64,000 nucleotides of DNA from an uncultured candidate division WWE3 bacterium (lineage in GTDB: Bacteria > Patescibacteriota > WWE3 > UBA101185 > UBA10185): NCBI GenBank assembly GCA_938004185.1, contig CALKWN010000065.1, forward strand, positions 633,943 to 697,942, written 5' to 3'. Both the position numbers and the translations under genes were made by a program. Position 1 is the stretch's first letter; each line of letters starts with the position of its first letter. This document shows, one piece after another, positions 10,482 to 19,495 of this stretch. The notes under the pieces are model-generated. The model did no database searches, had not been told where the DNA came from, and saw only the letters and a program-made list of their open reading frames with translations.

Positions 10482-11238
10482 TAGAAGGAGAAGAAACTTT
10501 AAGTTCAGAGTCTGTGTAACCGTACTCTTCAAGATGAGATGCCACTTCCTCACCACCGGTCTTTACTATCTCTCCGTTTAGCATCACATGAACAAAATCT
10601 GGTTTGAGATATTTTAAAATTCTGGCGTAGTGCGTAATGACCAGAACAGAAGAGTTTTTATTCTTAACTAAATAATTTACCGCATTTGAGACAATTTTCA
10701 CCGCATCTATATCCAACCCGCTATCGACTTCATCGAGAATAACTATTTTGGGTTCAAGAATAAGCATTTGCAGCATTTCCATTCTCTTCTTCTCGCCTCC
10801 AGAAAAACCCTCGTTCAAAAATCGCTCTGAAAAAGACTGATCCATTTCGAGAAGCTTCATTTTTTCTTCCATAAAATCTCTAAATAATTTGGGGGACAAC
10901 GGTCTTTCGTGCGACTTGTTATAAATCATTCTTAGATAGCTATAAACTTTTACTCCCTGAATTTCGCTCGGATGTTGGAATGAAAGAAAAAGTCCTGCTT
11001 GGGCTCGCTCGGTAGGATCGAGTTTTAAAATGTCTTTGCCGTTAATTTTCGCGGATCCTTCAATTACACTGTATATGGAGTTGCCCATTAATGTTTGAGC
11101 GAGAGTACTTTTACCCGAACCGTTTTTTCCCATTAAAGCGTGAACCTCTCCGGAGTTTATACTCAGCGAAACTCCTTTTAATATTTTTTTACCCTCAATA
11201 CCTGCGGATAAATTTTTAATCTCGAGAGTGCTTATCAT
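10474..11238 (-). CDS. sufC: Fe-S cluster assembly ATPase SufC
   Basis: Walker A '[12 protein letters not shown]', ABC signature '[14 protein letters not shown]', Walker B '[10 protein letters not shown]'. Confidence 0.9.
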   Translation of the reverse strand: MISTLEIKNLSAGIEGKKILKGVSLSINSGEVHALMGKNGSGKSTLAQTLMGNSIYSVIEGSAKINGKDILKLDPTERAQAGLFLSFQHPSEIQGVKVYSYLRMIYNKSHERPLSPKLFRDFMEEKMKLLEMDQSFSERFLNEGFSGGEKKRMEMLQMLILEPKIVILDEVDSGLDIDAVKIVSNAVNYLVKNKNSSVLVITHYARILKYLKPDFVHVMLNGEIVKTGGEEVASHLEEYGYTDSELKVSSPSNE

Positions 11239-11516
11239 CTGGAAAATTTCACCTTGCCTAGTACACAGTCATCTTCCCTATACGGGCATTTTTTTCTTAC
11301 TGAATAAAATACTTCTTTGCCGGATTTACTATTCTCCAGTAATCCCGCAACCTTCATTTCTTTAAGGTGATAAGAAACTGTGGGCTGGGTAAGTTTTACA
11401 TGTTCCACTATTTCACCTACCGTGGATTTTCCGGTTTTTCTTAAATATTCGAATATTTTCATGCGCGATCCGACACCCAAAGTGCCGAAACACTTTACAC
11501 ATGGGGTTTCTGCCAT
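11235..11516 (-). CDS. ArsR/SmtB-family HTH regulator (SufR-like, Cys-containing)
   Basis: wHTH 'KIFEYLRKTGKSTVGEIVEHVKLTQPTVSYHLKEMKVAGLL' plus N- and C-terminal Cys pairs (CVKC...C...C). First gene of the suf operon. Confidence 0.7.
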   Translation of the reverse strand: MAETPCVKCFGTLGVGSRMKIFEYLRKTGKSTVGEIVEHVKLTQPTVSYHLKEMKVAGLLENSKSGKEVFYSVRKKCPYREDDCVLGKVKFSR

Positions 11517-11564
11517 AATTGACTCTTTCCGCTTCCGCACTATACGAACGGACGCAAATAATAG

Positions 11565-11580
11565 ATAGATATTAATCTAT
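11565..11580. promoter_or_regulatory. 6-4-6 palindrome ATAGAT-atta-ATCTAT upstream of the sufR-like gene (candidate operator)
   Basis: Perfect inverted repeat about 50 bp upstream of the regulator start codon, in the divergent intergenic region. Confidence 0.35.
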
Positions 11581-11633
11581 ATGTCAAGGGAAGTCAATTG
11601 GGGTTGGTTGTACATTTTACCAGCACCCTTTAG

Positions 11634-11672
11634 ACACTATAGGTTGACAATTCAATGGGCCACTTATATAAT
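11634..11672 (+). promoter_or_regulatory. sigma70-type promoter with conserved upstream ACACTATAGG element
   Basis: ACACTATAGG (11634-11643), then TTGACA (11644-11649), a 17-nt spacer, then TATAAT (11667-11672). About 28 bp upstream of RBS aaaggagag and a GTG start at 11700. Confidence 0.6.
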
Positions 11673-11699
11673 GCCGAAAATAAATAAAAGGAGAGAAAA

Positions 11700-12254
11700 G
11701 TGAACAAAAAATATGTTTTTACGGGGGCTGTTGCTCTGGTAACGATAATTTACTTAGCACTCGTTATTCATTACAAAAAGTACGAAAATGAGTGGTTCGG
11801 AATAAACATATTGCTAATATCGGGTTTGTTTGCCGGTATTACAATATTCATTTTCACCAAACTGCGCTGGTTTCAGCACGGTGGCCCCACATCTTACAAA
11901 ATGCTGGCAATACCGGTGGCCGGGCTGATCCTGTCGGTCTTTCTGGGACTGCATTACACGGAACAACCCGCAATTGTTGTAAGACAAAGTGATTACCAAT
12001 ACAGCTATGCGTTGTCGAGAACCGGCTATATGTTTAGCAACCTAAACATCGGGAGTGTGTCTGATTCTGACAGCAGTGTCGATATAGATTTCGACGATGC
12101 GGAAGGGGAAGCTGTCGCTTACCTGTTTCTAATCATCTTGGTCGTGGTACTGGTGGTCGGAAGTGCTTTCATACCTCACTTTTGGGTTGCCTCTTGTGCC
12201 ATACTGCTTGCGGTAATGGGAATAATGACATATAGAGAATACCTATTGGAGTAA
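11700..12254 (+). CDS. Membrane protein, unknown function
   Basis: 184 aa with 5-6 TM helices. RBS present. No recognisable motif. Confidence 0.4.
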   Translation: MNKKYVFTGAVALVTIIYLALVIHYKKYENEWFGINILLISGLFAGITIFIFTKLRWFQHGGPTSYKMLAIPVAGLILSVFLGLHYTEQPAIVVRQSDYQYSYALSRTGYMFSNLNIGSVSDSDSSVDIDFDDAEGEAVAYLFLIILVVVLVVGSAFIPHFWVASCAILLAVMGIMTYREYLLE

Positions 12255-12314
12255 TCTAGAGCCTCCTGCATACTTATCTTGATTCCGGTTAATAGCAACG
12301 GATAGAGATTTTAT

Positions 12315-12806
12315 GTGGGAGGCTTTCTTCGTTTTTATATCAAAATGTATAATTACCACGTGAAAAAATTTTATCTTAAAACAACACTGTTCTGGGGCGT
12401 CCTGCTCATAATTGCTATCCTAAACGCAGTTATAAGAGAAGCGACCTACAAGCCCTTTTTAGAACCTTATATCGGAATGTGGGCACATCAAATAAGCTCC
12501 TTTACAGCAATAGCCGCATTCTTCGTAGCGATATACGTGTTCGTTAAAAAACTGGAGCCTGTTCCTTCAGAAAGAAACTTGATTATTGCCAGTTTTATCT
12601 GGGTCGTAATGACCATAATTTTTGAAACCTCAATGAACATATTCATCCGAAAACTGACGCTTGAGCAAACACTCCAAACCTACTACTTTTGGCGGGGAGA
12701 AACTTGGATTTTGGTTCTTCTTTCACTTATTTTGTCACCCCTAATAGCATTGAAAGTGATAAACAAATCTCAGCTAATCGGTCATCACCCATCCAACCGT
12801 CAATGA
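12315..12806 (+). CDS. Membrane protein, unknown function
   Basis: 163 aa, 4 TM helices. Confidence 0.35.
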   Translation: MGGFLRFYIKMYNYHVKKFYLKTTLFWGVLLIIAILNAVIREATYKPFLEPYIGMWAHQISSFTAIAAFFVAIYVFVKKLEPVPSERNLIIASFIWVVMTIIFETSMNIFIRKLTLEQTLQTYYFWRGETWILVLLSLILSPLIALKVINKSQLIGHHPSNRQ

Positions 12807-12824
12807 CATGTTAAAATACAAAAA

Positions 12825-13718
12825 GTGAAAAAGATCAAAGCATTCTTCTACATAGCATACAAAAGCTCGGTGTCCTTTAAATATTATAAGGAAATACTTA
12901 AAACCCCTTTCGAATTCTCGATTAAATATTACGCGGTGCTGGTAATTATAGCAGCATTAATTACTTCTGCGGGAACATTTTTTATTGAGGGGCCAAAAAT
13001 AAAGGCTGTAGTAGACGACACACTTCAACAAATTGAAAATACATATCCCGAAGAGCTGGTTCTGACGGTAAAAGACGGGGGATGGGAAGTAAATCAACCC
13101 CTGCCATTAGTTATACCAATCCCTGAAACATACAAACAACGCGAAGAACAGCAAACAGAAAACGAAGAGGAAATGAAATTTGAAAACCTTATTGTTCTGG
13201 ATAAGGAAGGTGAGATCGGCGATCTCGAAGAGTATAAAACCATAATCTTAATTAATGAAAAAAATATTCTTGTAAAAGAAGCCGGGGAGCCGGGGGTATA
13301 CCCTATTAAAGATGTTCCCGATACTACGCTAGATCATTCAACATTAATAAATGCACTGGGAAATGTAAGAAAAATTGCGGGCTACTTACTTCCTTTGTTT
13401 ATAGTTTTGCCTATGTTTGCAGGTTTGATGGTTTACTACACGCTTTTCCGCGGGGCATACCTGTTGTTTGTCGGCCTTATATTATTTTTAGTGGGAAAGG
13501 CAACGAAAGTTAACACCTCTTACAGAAACTCTTTCAGGATTGCTCTGCATGCTATGACTCTTTCGGTTATTTTTGAGACCGTAGTTTGGATGCTAAACCT
13601 TCAACTTCCTATGGGCGAGTATTGGTTTATCGGAATTAATCTTATTGCTGGGTTTTTGGCTTTGTGGAGGATGGAAGAGGAGAAAAGTGTAACCGGTGTT
13701 TTGGAAGATAAAAAGTAG
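12825..13718 (+). CDS. Membrane protein, unknown function
   Basis: 297 aa. N-terminal TM, acidic soluble domain, then a C-terminal TM bundle. Confidence 0.4.
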   Translation: MKKIKAFFYIAYKSSVSFKYYKEILKTPFEFSIKYYAVLVIIAALITSAGTFFIEGPKIKAVVDDTLQQIENTYPEELVLTVKDGGWEVNQPLPLVIPIPETYKQREEQQTENEEEMKFENLIVLDKEGEIGDLEEYKTIILINEKNILVKEAGEPGVYPIKDVPDTTLDHSTLINALGNVRKIAGYLLPLFIVLPMFAGLMVYYTLFRGAYLLFVGLILFLVGKATKVNTSYRNSFRIALHAMTLSVIFETVVWMLNLQLPMGEYWFIGINLIAGFLALWRMEEEKSVTGVLEDKK

Positions 13719-13816
13719 GTAACAATACACGGACATTTTGGCGTTTTTCCTTGTGTCACCACAGCGTTAGAATGTTGAAGGACGGGGGTTGGCGTGTTAA
13801 TATTTCAATGTTTCAT

Positions 13817-13891
13817 TCCCCTGTAGCTCAAGGGTAGAGCGTCCGACTGTTAATCGGCAGGTTGGTGGTTCGAATCCACCCGGGGGAGCCA
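13817..13891 (+). tRNA. tRNA-Asn (anticodon GTT)
   Basis: TCCCCTG-TA-GCTC-AAGGGTA-GAGC-G-TCCGA-CTGTTAA-TCGGC-AGGTT-GGTGG-TTCGAAT-CCACC-CGGGGGA-G-CCA. Confidence 0.85.
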
Positions 13892-15391
13892 ATTAGACCT
13901 TATACGAACCAAATCTCGCGATACTAAAGCCTCAAACTCGGGTACGAACTCAAAACTAGTGATTATTCGCTCTTTTTCCAGGAATGCTTTTGATATGAAA
14001 AAGCGTAAAAACTGCTTTCTTTGTTGCTTATTCATTGCGTCATAAAGGTTTCCGATATGTCTCAAGCCGTTGATTATTTTCTCTATTTCGGAGTCTTTTA
14101 GGTTAGTAGATGGCTTATCCAAGTCTTTTATCTGTGCCTCCACCTGTTTTAGCTCTTCTTTTAGAGGTTTATATCTTTCCTTGAGTCTATCTATGTCCAC
14201 TAACTCGTCACCAGAAAACATCTTGTCCTCAATAACTCTCATTTTCTTGTCTAAAGCGTCTTTTCTGATTTTTAATACCTTAATCTGTGCGGGAACACCC
14301 GAGCCCTGCTCACTTTTAACCTCGTATAAAACACCTCTAAGCTCAGCAAGAGCCTCCTCAGTAAATACTGTTCCATTAAAGAAGTCTGCAATCTTATCAT
14401 CAGCTGTTTCAAGTGGAACATAAGTCCTAGAACAGCTATGGCATCGATAATAATTGCCTTTATCGTGGTATTCTCCAAACATTTGCCTGCCACACTTCAA
14501 GCAATGGGCATATCCTGACAGGAGGGTTACATATTTTCTATCTCTATGAGCACCTTTATTCTTTTTCTCAAACATAAGCAATGATTTGGCATACCAATCA
14601 AAGGATATGATTGGTTCATGTGCCGCTTTTTCATATACTACCCCATCATATAGTAGCCCTCCAGAGTAAAGTATATTTTTTAGGATATTTGTGACTGTGT
14701 TTTTGTAAACTTTTCCACCGGACTCATTCCTAAAACCCCTTTCATGTAACATTTCTGCTATCCTATGGACGGAATAATTACCTGACAACCACAGCTCATA
14801 AGCCATTACAATAAAATGCTTCCTCTCGGGGTCTGGGTATATCGGGGAATCTTTTTTATAGGAGTTTAAGTAACCAATTGGGCTTTTTCCTGGTTTTAAC
14901 CCTCTCTGAGCCAGAGAAAGCATAATCCTCTTTGTTTTCTTGCCTGTCCTTCTAGATTCAAGTTGGTTTACAGCCGCAACAATCACATCTAAAAACTCAC
15001 CTTCATCTGTATCACCATAATACCCATCTAGTGGAATCAGTTTTATTTTTCTTTTTTTAAGAAAAGCTTTAATCGCTAAATGGTCAGAGACATTTCTGGC
15101 TAATCTACTAGAATCCTGTACTAGTACAATGTCTACGGACTCAGCATGCTCATCACAATAATCAAGTAGTTCTTCCATATCAGGTCTGTCTAAATCTCTC
15201 GCACTCTTTCCGGAATCTTCAAATGTTTTGACAATAGAAATGTTATTTTGCTTTACAAAGTTTTGAAAAAGCTCGTCTTGTACATTCAAACTATGCCCAG
15301 TAAGAGCCTGCCGTGTAGTAGAAACTCTTTTATAGCATATAGCTTTTAATATTGTTCCTGTCTTTGGTTTCTGTTCTTCTAATCCGTACAT
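13850..15391 (-). mobile_element. Large serine recombinase (integrase) gene; its 3' end overlaps tRNA-Asn
   Basis: 513 aa. N-terminal resolvase catalytic domain 'ICYKRVSTTRQALTGHSL...IVLVQDSSRLARN', recombinase domain, Cys-rich zinc ribbon 'CLKCGRQ...CHSC', C-terminal coiled coil. The last ~14 codons are encoded by the complement of the tRNA. Confidence 0.85.
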
Positions 15392-15394
15392 TTT

Positions 15395-16297
15395 TTATTT
15401 TCCTATTCTTTCTTTAAGAATCCTACTTATAATACCGTTCAAGTAAGCGGGCTTATCATCTATTTTCTTACCACTAGAAATATCCTCTCGTAGCTCACCA
15501 ATCGCTTTTTCCAACACCCAAAACTGACCATCTCTTATAAGCGAGAGATACCTATCCATACACTTTTCACCTACTTCCAGAGCAATCTGATGCGATACAA
15601 ACTCTTCATGTCTGTTCGGTTTATAACTATCGGTTGAGTTTCTACACTTATACTCCGAGCTTTCTCTCCCCTTATTTCCCCCTTTATAAGACACCGATGT
15701 ATCGGTATTCTTAATCTCATGATAGTGTTCGGTATCATTATTATACCCTCTGTATTTCCTTTTGGCATCAACTAAATCATTGCTTTTTACGACACCGTTA
15801 TCGTGGTTTTTTGACCTCTGTTTTTCTTCATCAACCTCTACATTAACCTCTGATTTAGTAACGCTTTCTATAGGGGCTAGAGCCTCTTCTATAGGGTCAG
15901 TAAAATAATGTTCTATACCGATGTATTTGTCGTCAGGACTCTTAAAATCACCGAAGCGAACCTCGAAGGAACCTATCCTGCCGGAACGAGCTTCGTAGTA
16001 TATATACTTCTTTTTTTTCAGGGATAAGAGTAACTGATTAACATAATTGACTGATACTGAACTCTTTGAGCCTTCTGAACCAAAAACATCATCTCTAAGT
16101 GACTGAAGATGCACGGATGCTATGCCGTATGGGTTACATTGCAACCTTGCATGGCAATAGAGAAGATATTCCTTCCTAGATAAAATACCGTTTTTGTAAT
16201 CACTAGCTATCTTTCGTGGAAAGGGTATCCAATTAGAGGGCATTAAGTTTTTTGTATCCTTATTTTTTTCGTTCATATAGTGACTTATCAAATACAC
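15395..16297 (-). CDS. Hypothetical protein (island cargo; possible winged-helix/replication-associated)
   Basis: 300 aa. Directly upstream of and co-oriented with the recombinase. Low-complexity Lys/Asn-rich middle. No firm motif. Confidence 0.4.
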   Translation of the reverse strand: MYLISHYMNEKNKDTKNLMPSNWIPFPRKIASDYKNGILSRKEYLLYCHARLQCNPYGIASVHLQSLRDDVFGSEGSKSSVSVNYVNQLLLSLKKKKYIYYEARSGRIGSFEVRFGDFKSPDDKYIGIEHYFTDPIEEALAPIESVTKSEVNVEVDEEKQRSKNHDNGVVKSNDLVDAKRKYRGYNNDTEHYHEIKNTDTSVSYKGGNKGRESSEYKCRNSTDSYKPNRHEEFVSHQIALEVGEKCMDRYLSLIRDGQFWVLEKAIGELREDISSGKKIDDKPAYLNGIISRILKERIGK

Positions 16298-16413
16298 CTT
16301 CTTTTTGAAGACTAATCAAAAAGTTAGATAATTGTTTCAAATAAAAAGCCATAGCGTTTTCATCAACTATATGGGGCTTAATATTCAACTGTGTAATTAA
16401 ACTTTTTTTCATT

Positions 16414-16447
16414 TTGAAATAAAAAACCGCCTTCGGGGAAAGGCGGT
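16414..16447 (-). terminator. Rho-independent terminator (minus strand) downstream of the 16590-17552 gene
   Basis: 8-bp stem accgcctt/aaggcggt with loop cgggga, followed on the minus strand by TTTTTTATTT. Confidence 0.5.
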
Positions 16448-16589
16448 TAAATCCTTTGGTGTAAATATGAGAATAGAACTCATACCCCCGAACACCTTTG
16501 AAGTATTGGCTTCTACCGTTAACTTACAACAAAGGTATAGAAGGCAAAATATACATCAGCAGTAAACCCGGATGTCGTATAAATAAGGG

Positions 16590-17552
16590 CTATTTTCTCT
16601 TTTTGTTAGATGGGATGTCTTTTGCAAACCTTGTAAAACGCAACTTGGCTTGAGAAAAGTCCGAAGAGCCGGGACCTACAGAGGAGTACGGCTCGAATGC
16701 ATTTGGATATTTATTGATTATCTCAAATGCTTCTTTGTGGCTCATATTTTTATATTCTGTAAGATAGTAAGAATAGGCGTCTCGTAGAAGGTTTGAGCGT
16801 CTATCATATAAAGTTTTTCTATGCCCGGAAAGTGATTTTTGAAGCTTTTTTAATTCTTCTCGAAACTCTTTCGTCTTTAATATATCGATATTTGTATCGC
16901 CAAATATTTTAAGCTCGATGTATTGGTTTTTCTCACCCATAGAAATATAAATCCTGCGTTTCTTAAGTGCGTCTATTGCTTTATTAAACTTTAGTAAGTC
17001 GGGTGCCAAATCTTCGTCTAAATACTCAGACTCAATATTCTCAGCAGTGCCTAGAGGCATAACACTGTTTATATCGGGATAATCGTCGTATAAGGTGATG
17101 CTTTTAATCCGGCGTGTATACCTAGAATCTAAATGATAATCACGCAACAATGTCTCAAGAAACTCATCAGATAAATAGTTCTTCTCAAACTTTTGCAGTT
17201 TAATGTACTCCTCTTTAATACTCATAAAGTTTGCGGTTGCCGACTTTTCCAAACGGATAATATTTCCAAAAGTGTCAATATCATAAGAACTACCTTCCGG
17301 CATATCCTCATTAAAACCATCTTTATTGTTGAATTCTAAAACATGAGACAAAAGTTTCTTAGAATAGCCTTCCTTATAAAGTTCTTTTAAGAGACTACCT
17401 GCATTTATATTGTGAGCTTTTCTAATTCCATCCACATCTTTCCTAAAATCCTTGTTAATCGTAATTGCAAAAAGCAGCAATACATCCGTGTTACTTTGTA
17501 ACTTCCATTGTACAAATAATTCCCTATCTCTAGGGTTAGCCAATACTTCCAT
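16590..17552 (-). CDS. Hypothetical protein (island cargo)
   Basis: 320 aa with clean codon usage and no recognisable motif. Confidence 0.4.
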   Translation of the reverse strand: MEVLANPRDRELFVQWKLQSNTDVLLLFAITINKDFRKDVDGIRKAHNINAGSLLKELYKEGYSKKLLSHVLEFNNKDGFNEDMPEGSSYDIDTFGNIIRLEKSATANFMSIKEEYIKLQKFEKNYLSDEFLETLLRDYHLDSRYTRRIKSITLYDDYPDINSVMPLGTAENIESEYLDEDLAPDLLKFNKAIDALKKRRIYISMGEKNQYIELKIFGDTNIDILKTKEFREELKKLQKSLSGHRKTLYDRRSNLLRDAYSYYLTEYKNMSHKEAFEIINKYPNAFEPYSSVGPGSSDFSQAKLRFTRFAKDIPSNKKRK

Positions 17553-17761
17553 AACTACATTTTACAACTTATATAGTAACGGGTGAGGGTACGGGGAGCT
17601 CCTATTTGACCCTGCCCCTTAGTTTGTAATTAAGCTACACCCATACATTCCAGGAAGAAACTTGTCGATAATAGGATACATAGTACTAATTGGGCTTAAT
17701 CTATTCATATTTATACAAAATATATGGCTCAAAATAGGGTATTAAGTTATAATCCAATAGT

Positions 17762-17848
17762 AAAACCTAGCCGCGAACTAGTTAATGGTTAAAAACCTTG
17801 AGTCCAAGAAGGGGCTACCTTTCTGAAGGACTCAAGCTTCGCGGCTAG
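17762..17848. repeat. Long nested inverted repeat (12-bp outer plus 9-bp inner arms)
   Basis: cctagccgcgaa...cttgagtcc...ggactcaag...ttcgcggctagg. It lies ~25 bp upstream of the ORF starting at 17874. Confidence 0.5.
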
Positions 17849-17873
17849 GAACTAAAGAAGGTAGTCCCTTTTT

Positions 17874-18269
17874 ATGTTCTTATATAAAAACCAAAACGAA
17901 TCGTATAGAAAAGGTGCAAGGGTAGTAGAAGTAGTCTATTGGGTTGCTACATTAATTGTTTTCGCAAGTTTGTTTAACGAAGAATATAGTACTACTGATA
18001 AAGTAGTGGGTGGAATGGGAGCAGTGGTTCTATTTTTGACTATATACATGAGGCACTCGTTGAATAAACTTGAAACTATTTGTATAGAGTACGAAACTAG
18101 ATATAAACACATTGCAGAAAGTTTAAGAAAACTAGATATAAAAAATAAAATCTTAGCTTCAACTAGTAAGGAAGAAAAGGAAAAATATTCAATTGAGATA
18201 AAAACCATCTTGGAAACGATAGACGATAAAAATAATATCGGAGACTGGAGTTTTTATAAACATGCGTAA
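17874..18269 (+). CDS. Small membrane protein, unknown function
   Basis: 131 aa, 2 TM helices. Confidence 0.35.
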   Translation: MFLYKNQNESYRKGARVVEVVYWVATLIVFASLFNEEYSTTDKVVGGMGAVVLFLTIYMRHSLNKLETICIEYETRYKHIAESLRKLDIKNKILASTSKEEKEKYSIEIKTILETIDDKNNIGDWSFYKHA

Positions 18270-18705
18270 TAAACTACTTGTATTAATAGCGTGCGTGTTT
18301 TTGTTGTCAATTGGGGCATGTCTGTACATACAAAATGAATCCGAATCCCAAAAAGAGAATAACAATACTTTAACTAACACAATTGACGAAGAAGAATCAT
18401 ATGTAAATGCGATGAAGAATATTTTTCAAGAATATAGTAAAGGCAGTACAAAAAGTATAACTTCCACAGCTTTGGAGGGGTTGGGAAACGAAAACTCAGG
18501 CATACAATCACGACCGAAAGAATATTACACTAACACTTTTGAAGTGCTGAACATCAAAAATGGTTTGGCAGGTGGAAAAGAGATGAACATAGTATTTGAA
18601 AAGCATCCCAAAGAAATATTTTGGGTTTGGATTTATAAACTTGCAGACGGAACTTACCAAATAAAAGGTTTTCAATTAAATACCCTAACTGACAATAATA
18701 AATAG
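18262..18705 (+). CDS. Putative lipoprotein/secreted protein
   Basis: 147 aa. Signal peptide with a lipobox-like 'LSIGAC'. Confidence 0.4.
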   Translation: MRNKLLVLIACVFLLSIGACLYIQNESESQKENNNTLTNTIDEEESYVNAMKNIFQEYSKGSTKSITSTALEGLGNENSGIQSRPKEYYTNTFEVLNIKNGLAGGKEMNIVFEKHPKEIFWVWIYKLADGTYQIKGFQLNTLTDNNK

Positions 18706-19485
18706 TTGTTTTCACGCAAAGTATTAAATCAATGCTATCATTTTTATATGACAGTCCTTTATGAAGAAGTGCAACTACTAAGCTTTATTTCAAACGAAAA
18801 ACTGTTTCATGCTGTAGAAAAAATAATTACGAAAGCAAAAAAGTCTAAGCGTGAAGACAAGGACATTTATAAAAATGCTATTGACCCGTTTTCTGCACTT
18901 TTTGATGCTTCTTTAGCTGGGATTTCATTGAAAGACTGGTTAGAAGTAGAAAGAACAAGACAAGTTCAAAAATCTTTACAGAACACCATCGGGGAGTTTC
19001 ATGAAGAAATAATTGGCTCAATGCCTGGTTGGGAAAGACTGTTAGTGGGACATATCATTGATGTTGTTAATCCTGAGAAAAAGATTATTGCGGAACTAAA
19101 AAACAAATGGAATACCACTAAAGGTTCCGACAAAGTAGTTTTATACAATAGCTTAAGCATGGAATTAAAATCCGAACAATACAGTGGTTATACTGGGTAC
19201 TATGTAGAAGTAATCCCTGAGAAAGGTAAAACTTACGACAAACCTTTCATGCCTTCTGACCATACTAAACACATACGAAAACCTGAGAATCAAAGAATAC
19301 GAATTATAGATGGAAAAAGCTTCTACGCCTTAGCTTCTGGAGACCCGCTCGCACTACAAAAACTATATAAGATATTGCCCAGAGTAATTGCAGAAATAGA
19401 AAATAGTCCAAGCATTGCAGATTACAGCTCAGAAGAACTGTTTCATATACTGTTTGGTAAGGCATATTCTCCAGACTACAGGTAA
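18706..19485 (+). CDS. Putative Type II restriction endonuclease (PD-(D/E)XK-like) of an R-M pair
   Basis: Immediately upstream of and co-oriented with the C5-MTase. Candidate catalytic block 'GHIIDVVNPEKKIIAELKNK' fits a D...E.K arrangement. TTG start at 18706, or ATG at 18748. Confidence 0.45.
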   Translation: MFSRKVLNQCYHFYMTVLYEEVQLLSFISNEKLFHAVEKIITKAKKSKREDKDIYKNAIDPFSALFDASLAGISLKDWLEVERTRQVQKSLQNTIGEFHEEIIGSMPGWERLLVGHIIDVVNPEKKIIAELKNKWNTTKGSDKVVLYNSLSMELKSEQYSGYTGYYVEVIPEKGKTYDKPFMPSDHTKHIRKPENQRIRIIDGKSFYALASGDPLALQKLYKILPRVIAEIENSPSIADYSSEELFHILFGKAYSPDYR

Positions 19486-19495
19486 CCCTTGCATA

